Source: Planctomycetaceae bacterium (GTDB lineage Bacteria; Planctomycetota; Planctomycetia; Planctomycetales; Planctomycetaceae). Taken from it: a stretch of DNA of 64,000 bases. Every line of letters begins with the position of its first letter. The first letter of the stretch is position 1. Below, piece by piece: positions 49,753 to 57,509 of this stretch. The stretch is taken from assembly GCA_041940305.1 (NCBI GenBank), contig JBGTSJ010000007.1, positions 1-64,000 of the forward strand, in the 5' to 3' direction. The position numbers and the translations under genes were made by a program. Under the pieces are notes generated by a model. The model made no database searches and was not told the DNA's origin. It saw only the letters and a program-made list of their open reading frames with translations.

Positions 49753-51666
49753 TTGCGGTCCGGCCGACGGGACCCTATGACGACCGCGCTCTGGCAACTG
49801 ACGGAGGTTACTCTCCGGGGACGGGACCGTCCCCGACTGGACGGGATCTCTGTCGAGATTCCGCGCGGCGTCTGCGCCGTGATGGGACACTCCGGCGCCG
49901 GCAAGACGTCGCTGCTCAATCTGCTGGTAGGGTTTGAGCGGGCGGATGCCGGGAGAATCGTCCGCGTGAACGGGAACGGCGGGGGGACGGAGAGAGGGGG
50001 AGATGGAGAGAACGATTCGAAGTCTCCCCCTCTCTCCATCGCCCCGTCTCTCTCGCCTCCCTCACTCGCCGTCTACTGGGTGCCGGCTGATGACGGGCTG
50101 TGGCCGCATCTGACTGTGCGACGGCATCTCGCGGCGGTGACCGAAGATGAAATTCGGATTGCGAACCTGCTGCGCGATTTCGATCTGGGTGAACTCGCCG
50201 CTGCGCGGCCGGCGACGCTGTCCGAAGGAGAGCGGTCGCGGCTCTCGGTCGCGCGGGCGCTGGCGACGGGAGCACGCGTGCTGGTGATGGACGAGCCGCT
50301 GGTGCACGTGGATCCGATGAGGATGGGCAAGTACTGGGACGCGGTACGGCAGCACTGCGGGAAGAGCGGCACCTCGCTGGTGTTTGCGTCGCATCATCCA
50401 GAAACGGTGCTGCGCGAGGCGGAGCGAGTGATCTGTCTCGATCGTGGACGTATCGCCTGGCAGGGGGCCGTCCGCGAACTGTATGAGCAGCCGCCCACGC
50501 CGGAACTGGCGATGTTCCTCGGTCCGGTCAACTGGCTGGAGGCGGGGGAGGCCGCGGAGTGGCTGCAGCAGGCACGCCCGGGCCCGCTGGCGTTACGGCC
50601 GGAGCGGCTGCGGATCGAAGCGGTCGGGGAGAGCCCGATCGTCGTCGAGGAGACGCGGTTCAGCGGGGCGTATGCCGAGGTGGATCTCAGGAACGAGCGG
50701 ACGGGCAGTCGGCGACGGATGGTGCATCGTCCGGTCGCCGGAGCCTTGCGACGCGGGATGCGTGTGGCACTCGGCGCGACGCTGGGGCTGTTGCTGGCCG
50801 TCAGCGCGGGCTGCACCGTGCAGAGCGCCGAAGCGAAGCTGCCGGTGAAGCCGGTGCGGGTCGAGTCGCTGCCGGTGGAGGACGGGTTCCTGCCGGCGCC
50901 GCGGTCGATGGACATCGGACCGGACGGGCAGCTGTACGTGCTGGACGACGCCGGCCGCGTCATCATCTATGCGGCGGACGGATCGCTCGTGCGGACATGG
51001 TGGATGCCGGAGTACTCGGTCGGCCGCCCGGAGGGGATCGAAGTCCTGCAGGACGGGCGGCTGGCGATCGCCGATACCCATTACCACCGCGTGCTCATCT
51101 GCGACCAGGAGGGGACAGTACTGCAGATGTGGGGTGAAGAGGGGGAGGAGCCGGGGCAGTTCATCTTCCCGTGCGACGTGGCACAGGACCCTGAGGGGAA
51201 CCTGTACGTCTCCGAGTACGGCGGAAACGACCGCGTGCAAAAGTTCACGATCGAGGGGGAGTTCCTGCTGGAGTTCGGCGAACCCGGGACCGGGCCGGGG
51301 CAGTTCCAGCGGGCCAGCGGACTCGACTGGCATGACGGCACGGTCTACGTCGCGGACGCGATCAATAACCGCGTGCAGGCGTTCTCGGCTGAGGGGAAGC
51401 GGCAGCCGTGGGGCGGGGAGCAGCCGCCGGAACTCGATTATCCGTATGATCTGCGGATCCTTCCCAATGAGAGGATGCTGGTCGTCGAATACAAGTCGGG
51501 ACGGGTGACACTGCTGACGCTGGATGGCACAGTGCTGGGCCGCTACGGCAGTACGGGCCGCGGCGAGGGAGAATTCTGGACGCCGTGGGGGCTGGCCGCG
51601 ACCGAGGAGGGACGGCTGGTTGTCGCGGATACGGGGAATCGCAGGATCGTGGAGCTCGCCCTGTGA
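49753..51666 (+). CDS. ABC transporter ATP-binding protein (FbpC-like, with a TOBE-like C-domain) read in-frame into an NHL-repeat beta-propeller lipoprotein-like domain
   Basis: Walker A GHSGAGKTSLLNLL. Signature LSEGERSRLSVARAL. Walker B VLVMDEP. At about aa 336 an internal lipoprotein signal MRVALGATLGLLLAVSAGC is followed by NHL/YD-like repeats (YVSEYGGNDRVQKF, VYVADAINNRVQAF, LVVADTGNRRIVEL). There is no stop between the two parts. Confidence 0.75.
   Translation: MRSGRRDPMTTALWQLTEVTLRGRDRPRLDGISVEIPRGVCAVMGHSGAGKTSLLNLLVGFERADAGRIVRVNGNGGGTERGGDGENDSKSPPLSIAPSLSPPSLAVYWVPADDGLWPHLTVRRHLAAVTEDEIRIANLLRDFDLGELAAARPATLSEGERSRLSVARALATGARVLVMDEPLVHVDPMRMGKYWDAVRQHCGKSGTSLVFASHHPETVLREAERVICLDRGRIAWQGAVRELYEQPPTPELAMFLGPVNWLEAGEAAEWLQQARPGPLALRPERLRIEAVGESPIVVEETRFSGAYAEVDLRNERTGSRRRMVHRPVAGALRRGMRVALGATLGLLLAVSAGCTVQSAEAKLPVKPVRVESLPVEDGFLPAPRSMDIGPDGQLYVLDDAGRVIIYAADGSLVRTWWMPEYSVGRPEGIEVLQDGRLAIADTHYHRVLICDQEGTVLQMWGEEGEEPGQFIFPCDVAQDPEGNLYVSEYGGNDRVQKFTIEGEFLLEFGEPGTGPGQFQRASGLDWHDGTVYVADAINNRVQAFSAEGKRQPWGGEQPPELDYPYDLRILPNERMLVVEYKSGRVTLLTLDGTVLGRYGSTGRGEGEFWTPWGLAATEEGRLVVADTGNRRIVELAL
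49988..50068. repeat. Family-2-related palindrome P3, in-frame inside the ABC ATPase domain
   Basis: GGAGAGAGGGGGAGA-(18 bp)-TCTCCCCCTCTCTCC, a perfect 15-bp stem, plus a CT-rich tail. It encodes an atypical insertion GGGTERGGDGENDSKSPPLSIAPSLSPPS between the Walker A strand and the Q-loop. Confidence 0.75.
50758..51666 (+). CDS. Alternative model: NHL-repeat lipoprotein translated separately from the internal ATG 50758
   Basis: The lipobox LLLAVSAGC lies directly after this ATG. Five or six NHL-type repeats follow. Confidence 0.45.
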   Translation: MRVALGATLGLLLAVSAGCTVQSAEAKLPVKPVRVESLPVEDGFLPAPRSMDIGPDGQLYVLDDAGRVIIYAADGSLVRTWWMPEYSVGRPEGIEVLQDGRLAIADTHYHRVLICDQEGTVLQMWGEEGEEPGQFIFPCDVAQDPEGNLYVSEYGGNDRVQKFTIEGEFLLEFGEPGTGPGQFQRASGLDWHDGTVYVADAINNRVQAFSAEGKRQPWGGEQPPELDYPYDLRILPNERMLVVEYKSGRVTLLTLDGTVLGRYGSTGRGEGEFWTPWGLAATEEGRLVVADTGNRRIVELAL

Positions 51667-54600
51667 AGATCAAACGCACGCTCAAGAGCTTCGTTCCCTC
51701 ACCGCGCATGAAGCTGCGCTGGACCGATGCACTGCCGCTGGCGATCTTTCTGGCGGTCTACGCGGTGGTGATCCTGCTGGTGGACGCGTCGAAACTGCTG
51801 CCGGAGGGATTCACCGCCCGGCTGCCGGCGGGCGTCGTGAACGCGTTGCGGACATGTGAAGTCGTGTTGTTCACGCGGCCGGTGGCGTTCTGGCTGATGG
51901 CTGTGACGGTGTGGATGTGGTGGATGTCGCTGAACGGCTACAGCGGCCTCAACCGGTCGCGGGCGCTCACCGCGCTGCTGGTACGGCTCACGCTGGTGGG
52001 GGTGTTCGTCGCGCTCATCGCCGAGCCCCGGGCCGTGCGGACCAACGACGAGCTGTCGGTCGTGTATGCCCTCGATATCTCGGACTCGGTGGGGGACGCC
52101 ACCAACAAGGCGGCGGACTTTATTGCGAACTCGGTTTCGCAAAAGCCTCCGGAGGACGAGGCGGGCCTGATCACCTTCGGCAGCAACGCGGCGGTCGAAC
52201 TGCCGCCGCAGCAGAGCTTCCCGCTGGAGGGGGGACGGCTGGTCCTCAACTCGCGGATCAACCGGGACGCCACGAACATCGAGCAGGCGCTGTCGCTGGC
52301 GTCGGCAATGATCCCCGAAGAACTGCGGGGCAGGATCGTGCTGATCAGCGACGGCAGCGAAACCGCCGGAAACCTGCGGCAGGTGCTCGATGAACTCCGC
52401 TCGCGCGAGATCACGGTCGACGTCCTGCCGATCAGCTACAGCTACGACGAAGAGGTGTGGGTCGAGCGGCTGGAGCTGCCCCAGTTCGTGAAGATCGGCG
52501 AGGCGTACGAGGCGTCGGTCGTCGTCTCGGCCCTGCAGGAAGGGAGCGGGCAGCTGATTCTCGAGGAAAACGGCCAGGAGATCGCGGAACTCGAGATCGA
52601 CTTCCAGTCGGGCAAGAACCGGTACGACATTCCGCTGTCGATCCGCGCTCCCGGCTACTACGAGTACAAGGCCATCATCAAGCCGGCCGACGCGCAGGAT
52701 CATCTCGCGGAGAACAACGAAGCGGTCAGCTACATCTATGTCGAGGGGGAGGGGAAAGCGCTGCTGGTGACGGATCCGCTGGGCGAGCAGCGGGACTGGC
52801 AGTCGCTGCAGCAGGCAATCGTGGAAGGGGAGCGGGCCGTCGAGGTGATGGACGCCTACGACTTCCCCCGCGATCCGCTGTCGCTGATGCCCTATGACTG
52901 CGTGATCTTCGTCAATGCGCCGCATGATGCGTTCGACAGCGTGCAGCTGCAGGCGCTGCACGACGCCGTCTACAACCAGGGGCTCGGCTTTCTGATGGTG
53001 GGGGGCGAGAACAGCTTCGGTCCCGGCGGCTATCACCGCACGGTGGTCGAGGACGTGCTGCCGGTGTCGATGGACATCACCAAGAAGAAAATTCTGCCGA
53101 AGGGAGCGCTGGCCATCATCCTGCACACCTGCGAGTTCCCGGAGGGGAACACATGGGGGAAGCGGATCACCAAGCAGGCGATCAAGGTGCTGGGGGAGCA
53201 GGACGAGGTGGGCGTGCTGGCGTACGGGGCGGGGGGCGAAGACTGGCTGTTCGAGCTGACGCCGGCCGGCGAGTACGAGAAGCTGGTGCCGGCCATCAAC
53301 AACGCCGTGATCGGCGACATGCCGGCCTTCGGCCCCACCATGACCAACGGGCTGGATGCGCTGGTGAAAAGCGACGCGGCGACGCGGCACATGATCATCA
53401 TCTCCGACGGCGATCCCCAGCCTCCCGACCCGCCGCTGGTACAGCGGTTCATCCAGGAGCAGGTGAGCGTTTCGATGGTGGCGATCTTTCCGCACGGAGG
53501 AGCCGAAGTCTCCAAGATGCGGGCGATCGCCAGCGTGACCGGCGGGCGGTACTACTTCCCGGCCGATCCGAACGAGTTGCCCAGCATCTTCATCAAGGAG
53601 GCGAAGACCCTCAAACGGAGCATGATCCAGAACGAGGAGATCTTCCCGCAGTCGGGGTTCCCGTCGCAGGTGCTCGACGGCATCGACGCGGTCCCCTCGC
53701 TGCAGGGGTACGTGCTGACGTCGCTAAAGGAGACGGGGCCGGTCGAGGACATTCTCTACACCATCCCGAAGGACGCGACCGAGGGTGAGACCGACCCCGT
53801 GCTGGCCGTGTGGCGCTACGGACTGGGAGTCACCGGCGCATTCACCAGCGATCTCTCACCGAACTGGGGAGCGAACTGGGTCGGCTGGGAGGAGTACCAG
53901 GCGTTCGTCAAGCAGCTGCTGATCCGCGTCTCGCGCGTGCGGAAGGAGGGGCATCTCAAGCTGTGGAGCTATACCTCCGGCAGCGAGGGGATCGTGATGA
54001 TCGAGGATTTCCATCCCGAGGAGATGTTCCTCGACGTGGTGGCGCAGGTGGGAGGACCGGGCGAACAGACGGAGACGGTGACGCTCAAACAGGTAGGCCC
54101 GCGGCGCTATCAGGCGTCTTTCCCGCTGTGGGGGAAAGGGCGCTACCAGGTGATGGTGCTCGGCAAGAAGGGGGAACGCGAGGACCGCGCGAACGGCGGG
54201 TTCATCGTGTCGTACTCGCCGGAGTACATCAACTTCCGGTCGAACTGGTCGGTGCTCGAGCAGATCATGCAGGAGACCGGGGGCACCCGGCTCGAGCCGA
54301 CGGCGACGTCGGAGGAGATCTACAACCGCCGGGTCCCCAAGCAGAGTTCGCAGCCGATCTTCGACTGGTTCCTCGTCGCCCTCGCCTGTCTGCTGCCGCT
54401 GGACGTGGCCGTGCGGCGCGTGCAACTCGACTGGCACACGTTCAAGAGCATGCTGGGCTTCGACCGGCGCGGCGAATCGACGCAGACGATGGGTGCCCTG
54501 CTGGCCCGCAAGAAGGACGTGAGTTCCCAGTTGCAGCGGCGGGAAGAGCGGCCGCTGCAAACACTCGCGGCCAGCACGGCGTACCTCAGAGAACAGCAGG

Positions 54601-54752
54601 CCCGGCGCACCGCGGCCATCAAGCCCAAGTCGGGCGACGCGGCCGATGGCGGGCAGCGCTCCCCGACGTCCACCACACCGGGGAATACGACCACCAGCCG
54701 GCTGCTGGATATGAAGCGACGACGCCAGCAGGAGGGGGAGAAGGAGGAGTGA
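51663..54752 (+). CDS. Large membrane protein: BatA-like N-terminal double-TM, vWA domain, class-I-glutamine-amidotransferase-like domain, second vWA domain
   Basis: GTG 51663 overlaps the upstream stop (GTGA); ATG 51708 is the alternative. vWA MIDAS-like motif VVYALDISDSVGD. GATase1-like region ALLVTDPLG...DCVIFVNAPHDAF...GLGFLMVGGENSFG. Second vWA DEVGVLAYGAG...MIIISDGDPQ. Confidence 0.72.
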   Translation: MKIKRTLKSFVPSPRMKLRWTDALPLAIFLAVYAVVILLVDASKLLPEGFTARLPAGVVNALRTCEVVLFTRPVAFWLMAVTVWMWWMSLNGYSGLNRSRALTALLVRLTLVGVFVALIAEPRAVRTNDELSVVYALDISDSVGDATNKAADFIANSVSQKPPEDEAGLITFGSNAAVELPPQQSFPLEGGRLVLNSRINRDATNIEQALSLASAMIPEELRGRIVLISDGSETAGNLRQVLDELRSREITVDVLPISYSYDEEVWVERLELPQFVKIGEAYEASVVVSALQEGSGQLILEENGQEIAELEIDFQSGKNRYDIPLSIRAPGYYEYKAIIKPADAQDHLAENNEAVSYIYVEGEGKALLVTDPLGEQRDWQSLQQAIVEGERAVEVMDAYDFPRDPLSLMPYDCVIFVNAPHDAFDSVQLQALHDAVYNQGLGFLMVGGENSFGPGGYHRTVVEDVLPVSMDITKKKILPKGALAIILHTCEFPEGNTWGKRITKQAIKVLGEQDEVGVLAYGAGGEDWLFELTPAGEYEKLVPAINNAVIGDMPAFGPTMTNGLDALVKSDAATRHMIIISDGDPQPPDPPLVQRFIQEQVSVSMVAIFPHGGAEVSKMRAIASVTGGRYYFPADPNELPSIFIKEAKTLKRSMIQNEEIFPQSGFPSQVLDGIDAVPSLQGYVLTSLKETGPVEDILYTIPKDATEGETDPVLAVWRYGLGVTGAFTSDLSPNWGANWVGWEEYQAFVKQLLIRVSRVRKEGHLKLWSYTSGSEGIVMIEDFHPEEMFLDVVAQVGGPGEQTETVTLKQVGPRRYQASFPLWGKGRYQVMVLGKKGEREDRANGGFIVSYSPEYINFRSNWSVLEQIMQETGGTRLEPTATSEEIYNRRVPKQSSQPIFDWFLVALACLLPLDVAVRRVQLDWHTFKSMLGFDRRGESTQTMGALLARKKDVSSQLQRREERPLQTLAASTAYLREQQARRTAAIKPKSGDAADGGQRSPTSTTPGNTTTSRLLDMKRRRQQEGEKEE

Positions 54753-54763
54753 GGTCGGAGGGC

Positions 54764-54898
54764 AGAGGTCAGAGGTCAGAGGTCAGAGGTCAGAGGTCAG
54801 AGGTCAGAGGTCAGAGGTCAGAGGTCAGAGGTCAGAGAGCAGAGAGCAGAGAGCAGAGAGCAGAGAGCAGAGAGCAGAGAGCAGAGAGCAGAGAGCAG
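54764..54898. repeat. Heptanucleotide microsatellite: (AGAGGTC)x~10 followed by (AGAGAGC)x~9
   Basis: A perfect tandem tract of 135 bp lies between the stop of the vWA membrane-protein gene (54752) and moxR (54992). Confidence 0.95.
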
Positions 54899-54991
54899 AA
54901 CGCCGCTAACGCGGCGTGAATGCCGGGCCTAATACAGGAACGCAATTCGCAACACGCGTACCACCGATAACCGATTAGCCAATTACCCACC

Positions 54992-56005
54992 ATGCCCAAT
55001 AACTCCGCTGATCTTGACGCGCTCCAGCATGAAGCTGAGGACTTTCGTAAGACTTTTGCCGCCTGCCGGGCGGAGGTTGGCAAGTTGATTGTCGGCCAGG
55101 AGCGGGTTGTCGAATGCTCGCTGACGGCCATCTTTGCCGGCGGCAACGTGCTGCTGGAAGGTGTGCCGGGGCTCGGCAAGACGGAGCTGGTGAAGGCGAT
55201 GGGGCAGGTGCTGGACCTGGACTTCCGGCGGATCCAGTTCACGCCCGACCTCATGCCGGCCGACATCATCGGCACGAACATCATGCAGACGGATGAGCAT
55301 GGCCGGTATCAGTTCGAGTTCCGGCAGGGGCCGATCTTCACCCAGCTGCTGCTGGCGGACGAGATCAACCGGGCGACGCCGAAGACACAGTCGGCGCTGC
55401 TGGAGACCATGCAGGAGGGAACGGTCACCACGGCCGGCCAGCACTTCAAGCTCAAGCAGCCGTTCTTCGTGATGGCGACGCAGAACCCGATCGAGCAGGA
55501 AGGGACGTACCCGCTTCCGGAGGCACAGCTGGACCGGTTCCTGTTCAAGGTGGATGTCCCGTTCGTTTCGCGGCAGGAGATGAACGAGATCGTCAGCCGG
55601 ACGATCCTGCGGAAGTCGGTGCAGCTGGAGAAGCTGCTCGACTCCGAGCGGATCCTGCATCTGCGCAGCGTCCTGCAGAAAGTGGTCGTGGCGGACCCGA
55701 TCCGCGATTTCGCCTGTCGTCTCGTGCTGGCGACGCATCCCAACACCGATTTCTCGACCGAATCGGTGAAGCGGTTCATCCGCTGGGGAGCCAGTCCGCG
55801 GGCGGCGCAGTCGCTGATCAAGGCGGCGCGGGTGCGGGCGCTCAGCCAGGGACGGGCCCACGTCGCGTTCGACGACATCCGTCACTTCGCCGACGAAGTC
55901 CTGCGGCACCGCACGCTGCTCAACTATGACGGCCAGGCGGAGAACGTGGTGGTGGGGGATCTCATCCGGGAATGCGTGACGGCACTGCCGGAACAGGCGG
56001 CGTAA
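54992..56005 (+). CDS. moxR: MoxR-family AAA+ ATPase
   Basis: GQERVVECSLTAIFAGGNVLLEGVPGLGKTELVKAMG...LLLADEINRATPKTQSALLETMQEGTVT...PFFVMATQNPIEQEGTYPLPEAQLDRF. Confidence 0.92.
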   Translation: MPNNSADLDALQHEAEDFRKTFAACRAEVGKLIVGQERVVECSLTAIFAGGNVLLEGVPGLGKTELVKAMGQVLDLDFRRIQFTPDLMPADIIGTNIMQTDEHGRYQFEFRQGPIFTQLLLADEINRATPKTQSALLETMQEGTVTTAGQHFKLKQPFFVMATQNPIEQEGTYPLPEAQLDRFLFKVDVPFVSRQEMNEIVSRTILRKSVQLEKLLDSERILHLRSVLQKVVVADPIRDFACRLVLATHPNTDFSTESVKRFIRWGASPRAAQSLIKAARVRALSQGRAHVAFDDIRHFADEVLRHRTLLNYDGQAENVVVGDLIRECVTALPEQAA

Positions 56006-56062
56006 TCAATTCGCCAACTACCGCACGATTTCAAGACTCGATCTCACCGGCACGCGACATTC

Positions 56063-56956
56063 ATGTCGACGACTCAATTCACATCGCTGTTGCCGAACGA
56101 CGTACTGGCCCGTGTCGAGCGGATGCGGCTGAATCCGGTGCGGCGGCAGACGAACCGGATGCGGGGGGAGCATCTGTCGTCGAAGGGGGGGACCAGCATC
56201 GAGTTCGCGGACTACCGCGATTACGTCCCCGGCGACGACATCCGGTATGTGGACTGGAACATCTTCTCGCGTCTCAATCACCCCTATCTCAAGCTGTTCG
56301 CGCATGAGGAGGAGATGCACGTGGTGCTGATCCTCGATGCCTCCGCGTCGATGCAGTACGAGGGGAAGTTCGAATTGGCGCGGCAGGTGGCGGCGGCGCT
56401 GGGGGTGATGGGGCTGATGAACGTGGAGCGGGTGAGCGTGTACTCGTGCGCCTCGCTCAATAAGGAACCGGTGATCCTGCCGCCGGTCACCGGCCGCGCG
56501 AGCCTGCAGCGGTTCCTCAAGTTCCTGGAGAAGCTGGACGGGGGCGGCGAGTTTCCGGTGGAGAAGGCGATCGAGGAGATCCTCAAGCGGCATCGCGGGA
56601 AGGGAGTGGCCGTGGTGCTGTCGGACTTCCTGACGTTCGGCGACATGACGCGGCCGTTCAACATGCTCTTTAACGGCGGCCTGGAGATTTACGGGCTGCA
56701 GATCATGGGGCCGACCGAACTCGATCCCGAATTGACGGGAGACCTGCGATTCATCGATTCCGAAACGCAGCAGACGCTGGATGTCTCGTCGGTGGGCGAA
56801 CTGATCGGCATCTATCACGAGCACCGGATCGCGCTGGAGACGCACCTCTCGGCCGAGTGCCGCAAGCGGAGCGGGCGGTTCGTGTCGGTGTCGTCGAGCG
56901 AGCCGATCAAGACCGTGCTGTTTGACACACTGCTGCGACGCGGGTGGGTGCGGTAG
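56063..56956 (+). CDS. DUF58 (vWA-like) protein, MoxR partner
   Basis: IEFADYRDYVPGDDIRYVDWNIFSRLNHPYLKLF...VVLILDASASMQY. The canonical moxR-DUF58 pairing. Confidence 0.85.
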   Translation: MSTTQFTSLLPNDVLARVERMRLNPVRRQTNRMRGEHLSSKGGTSIEFADYRDYVPGDDIRYVDWNIFSRLNHPYLKLFAHEEEMHVVLILDASASMQYEGKFELARQVAAALGVMGLMNVERVSVYSCASLNKEPVILPPVTGRASLQRFLKFLEKLDGGGEFPVEKAIEEILKRHRGKGVAVVLSDFLTFGDMTRPFNMLFNGGLEIYGLQIMGPTELDPELTGDLRFIDSETQQTLDVSSVGELIGIYHEHRIALETHLSAECRKRSGRFVSVSSSEPIKTVLFDTLLRRGWVR

Positions 56957-57489
56957 GGGATAACGGGACGCAGTTGAACGCAGATGAATGGGGATTTCCG
57001 CAGATCAGGAAAGGAAGAGTGGGGCAATGGTGGGCGAGACCGATGATCTGCACTCGGAAGTGACCGGTGAAGTTATTGGCGCGTTCTACCATGTCTACAA
57101 TGCACTCGGTGAATCGGTATATCAGAATGCACTTATGTTGACGTTGCGCAAGCGAGGGTGTCTGGTGGAGGTGCGACAGGCTGTCGATGCGCGGTTTGAA
57201 GGCGTCATTGTTGGAGAATACTTCGCAGACCTGATCGTGAACGGGGTGGTGATCGTCGAGCTGAAGTCAGCGGAGACGTTGTGCGACGCTCATGAGGCGC
57301 AACTCGTGAACTATTTGCGTGCCACCGATATTGAGGTCGGGCTGCTACTGAACTTTGGACCCAAACCGCAGGTCAAACGCAAAGTTTTCACGAACGCACG
57401 AAAGCGCCGTGATTTGGCACCCTCGCCATCAGACTTGCTGCCCTCCTGATCTGCGACAATCCAGTTGATCTGCGTCCATCTGCGTTCCC
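56957..57489 (+). mobile_element. Second repeat-bounded GxxExxY cassette, inserted between the DUF58 and batA-like genes of the MoxR operon
   Basis: Left arm GGGACGCAGTTGAACGCAGATGAATGGGGATTTCCGCAGATC at 56957-57007. Right arm GATCTGCGACAATCCAGTTGATCTGCGTCCATCTGCGTTCCC at 57448-57489. These are imperfect inverted repeats and a divergent version of family-1 arms. Confidence 0.5.
56988..57449 (+). CDS. GxxExxY family protein (PD-(D/E)XK-like), paralog of 10074..10496
   Basis: It shares a core with the other paralog: ADLIVNGVVIVELKSAETLCDAHEAQLVNYLRATDIEVGLLLNFGPKPQVKRKVFTNARK. The probable start is the internal MVGETDD... at 57027. Confidence 0.75.
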   Translation: MGISADQERKSGAMVGETDDLHSEVTGEVIGAFYHVYNALGESVYQNALMLTLRKRGCLVEVRQAVDARFEGVIVGEYFADLIVNGVVIVELKSAETLCDAHEAQLVNYLRATDIEVGLLLNFGPKPQVKRKVFTNARKRRDLAPSPSDLLPS

Positions 57490-57509
57490 TCTTCCGATCG
57501 ACGATCATC

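Noticed and set aside
54764-54898. Possible CRISPR array
   Set aside because: The units are 7 bp and directly tandem with no spacers. This is a microsatellite, not a repeat-spacer array, and there are no cas genes.
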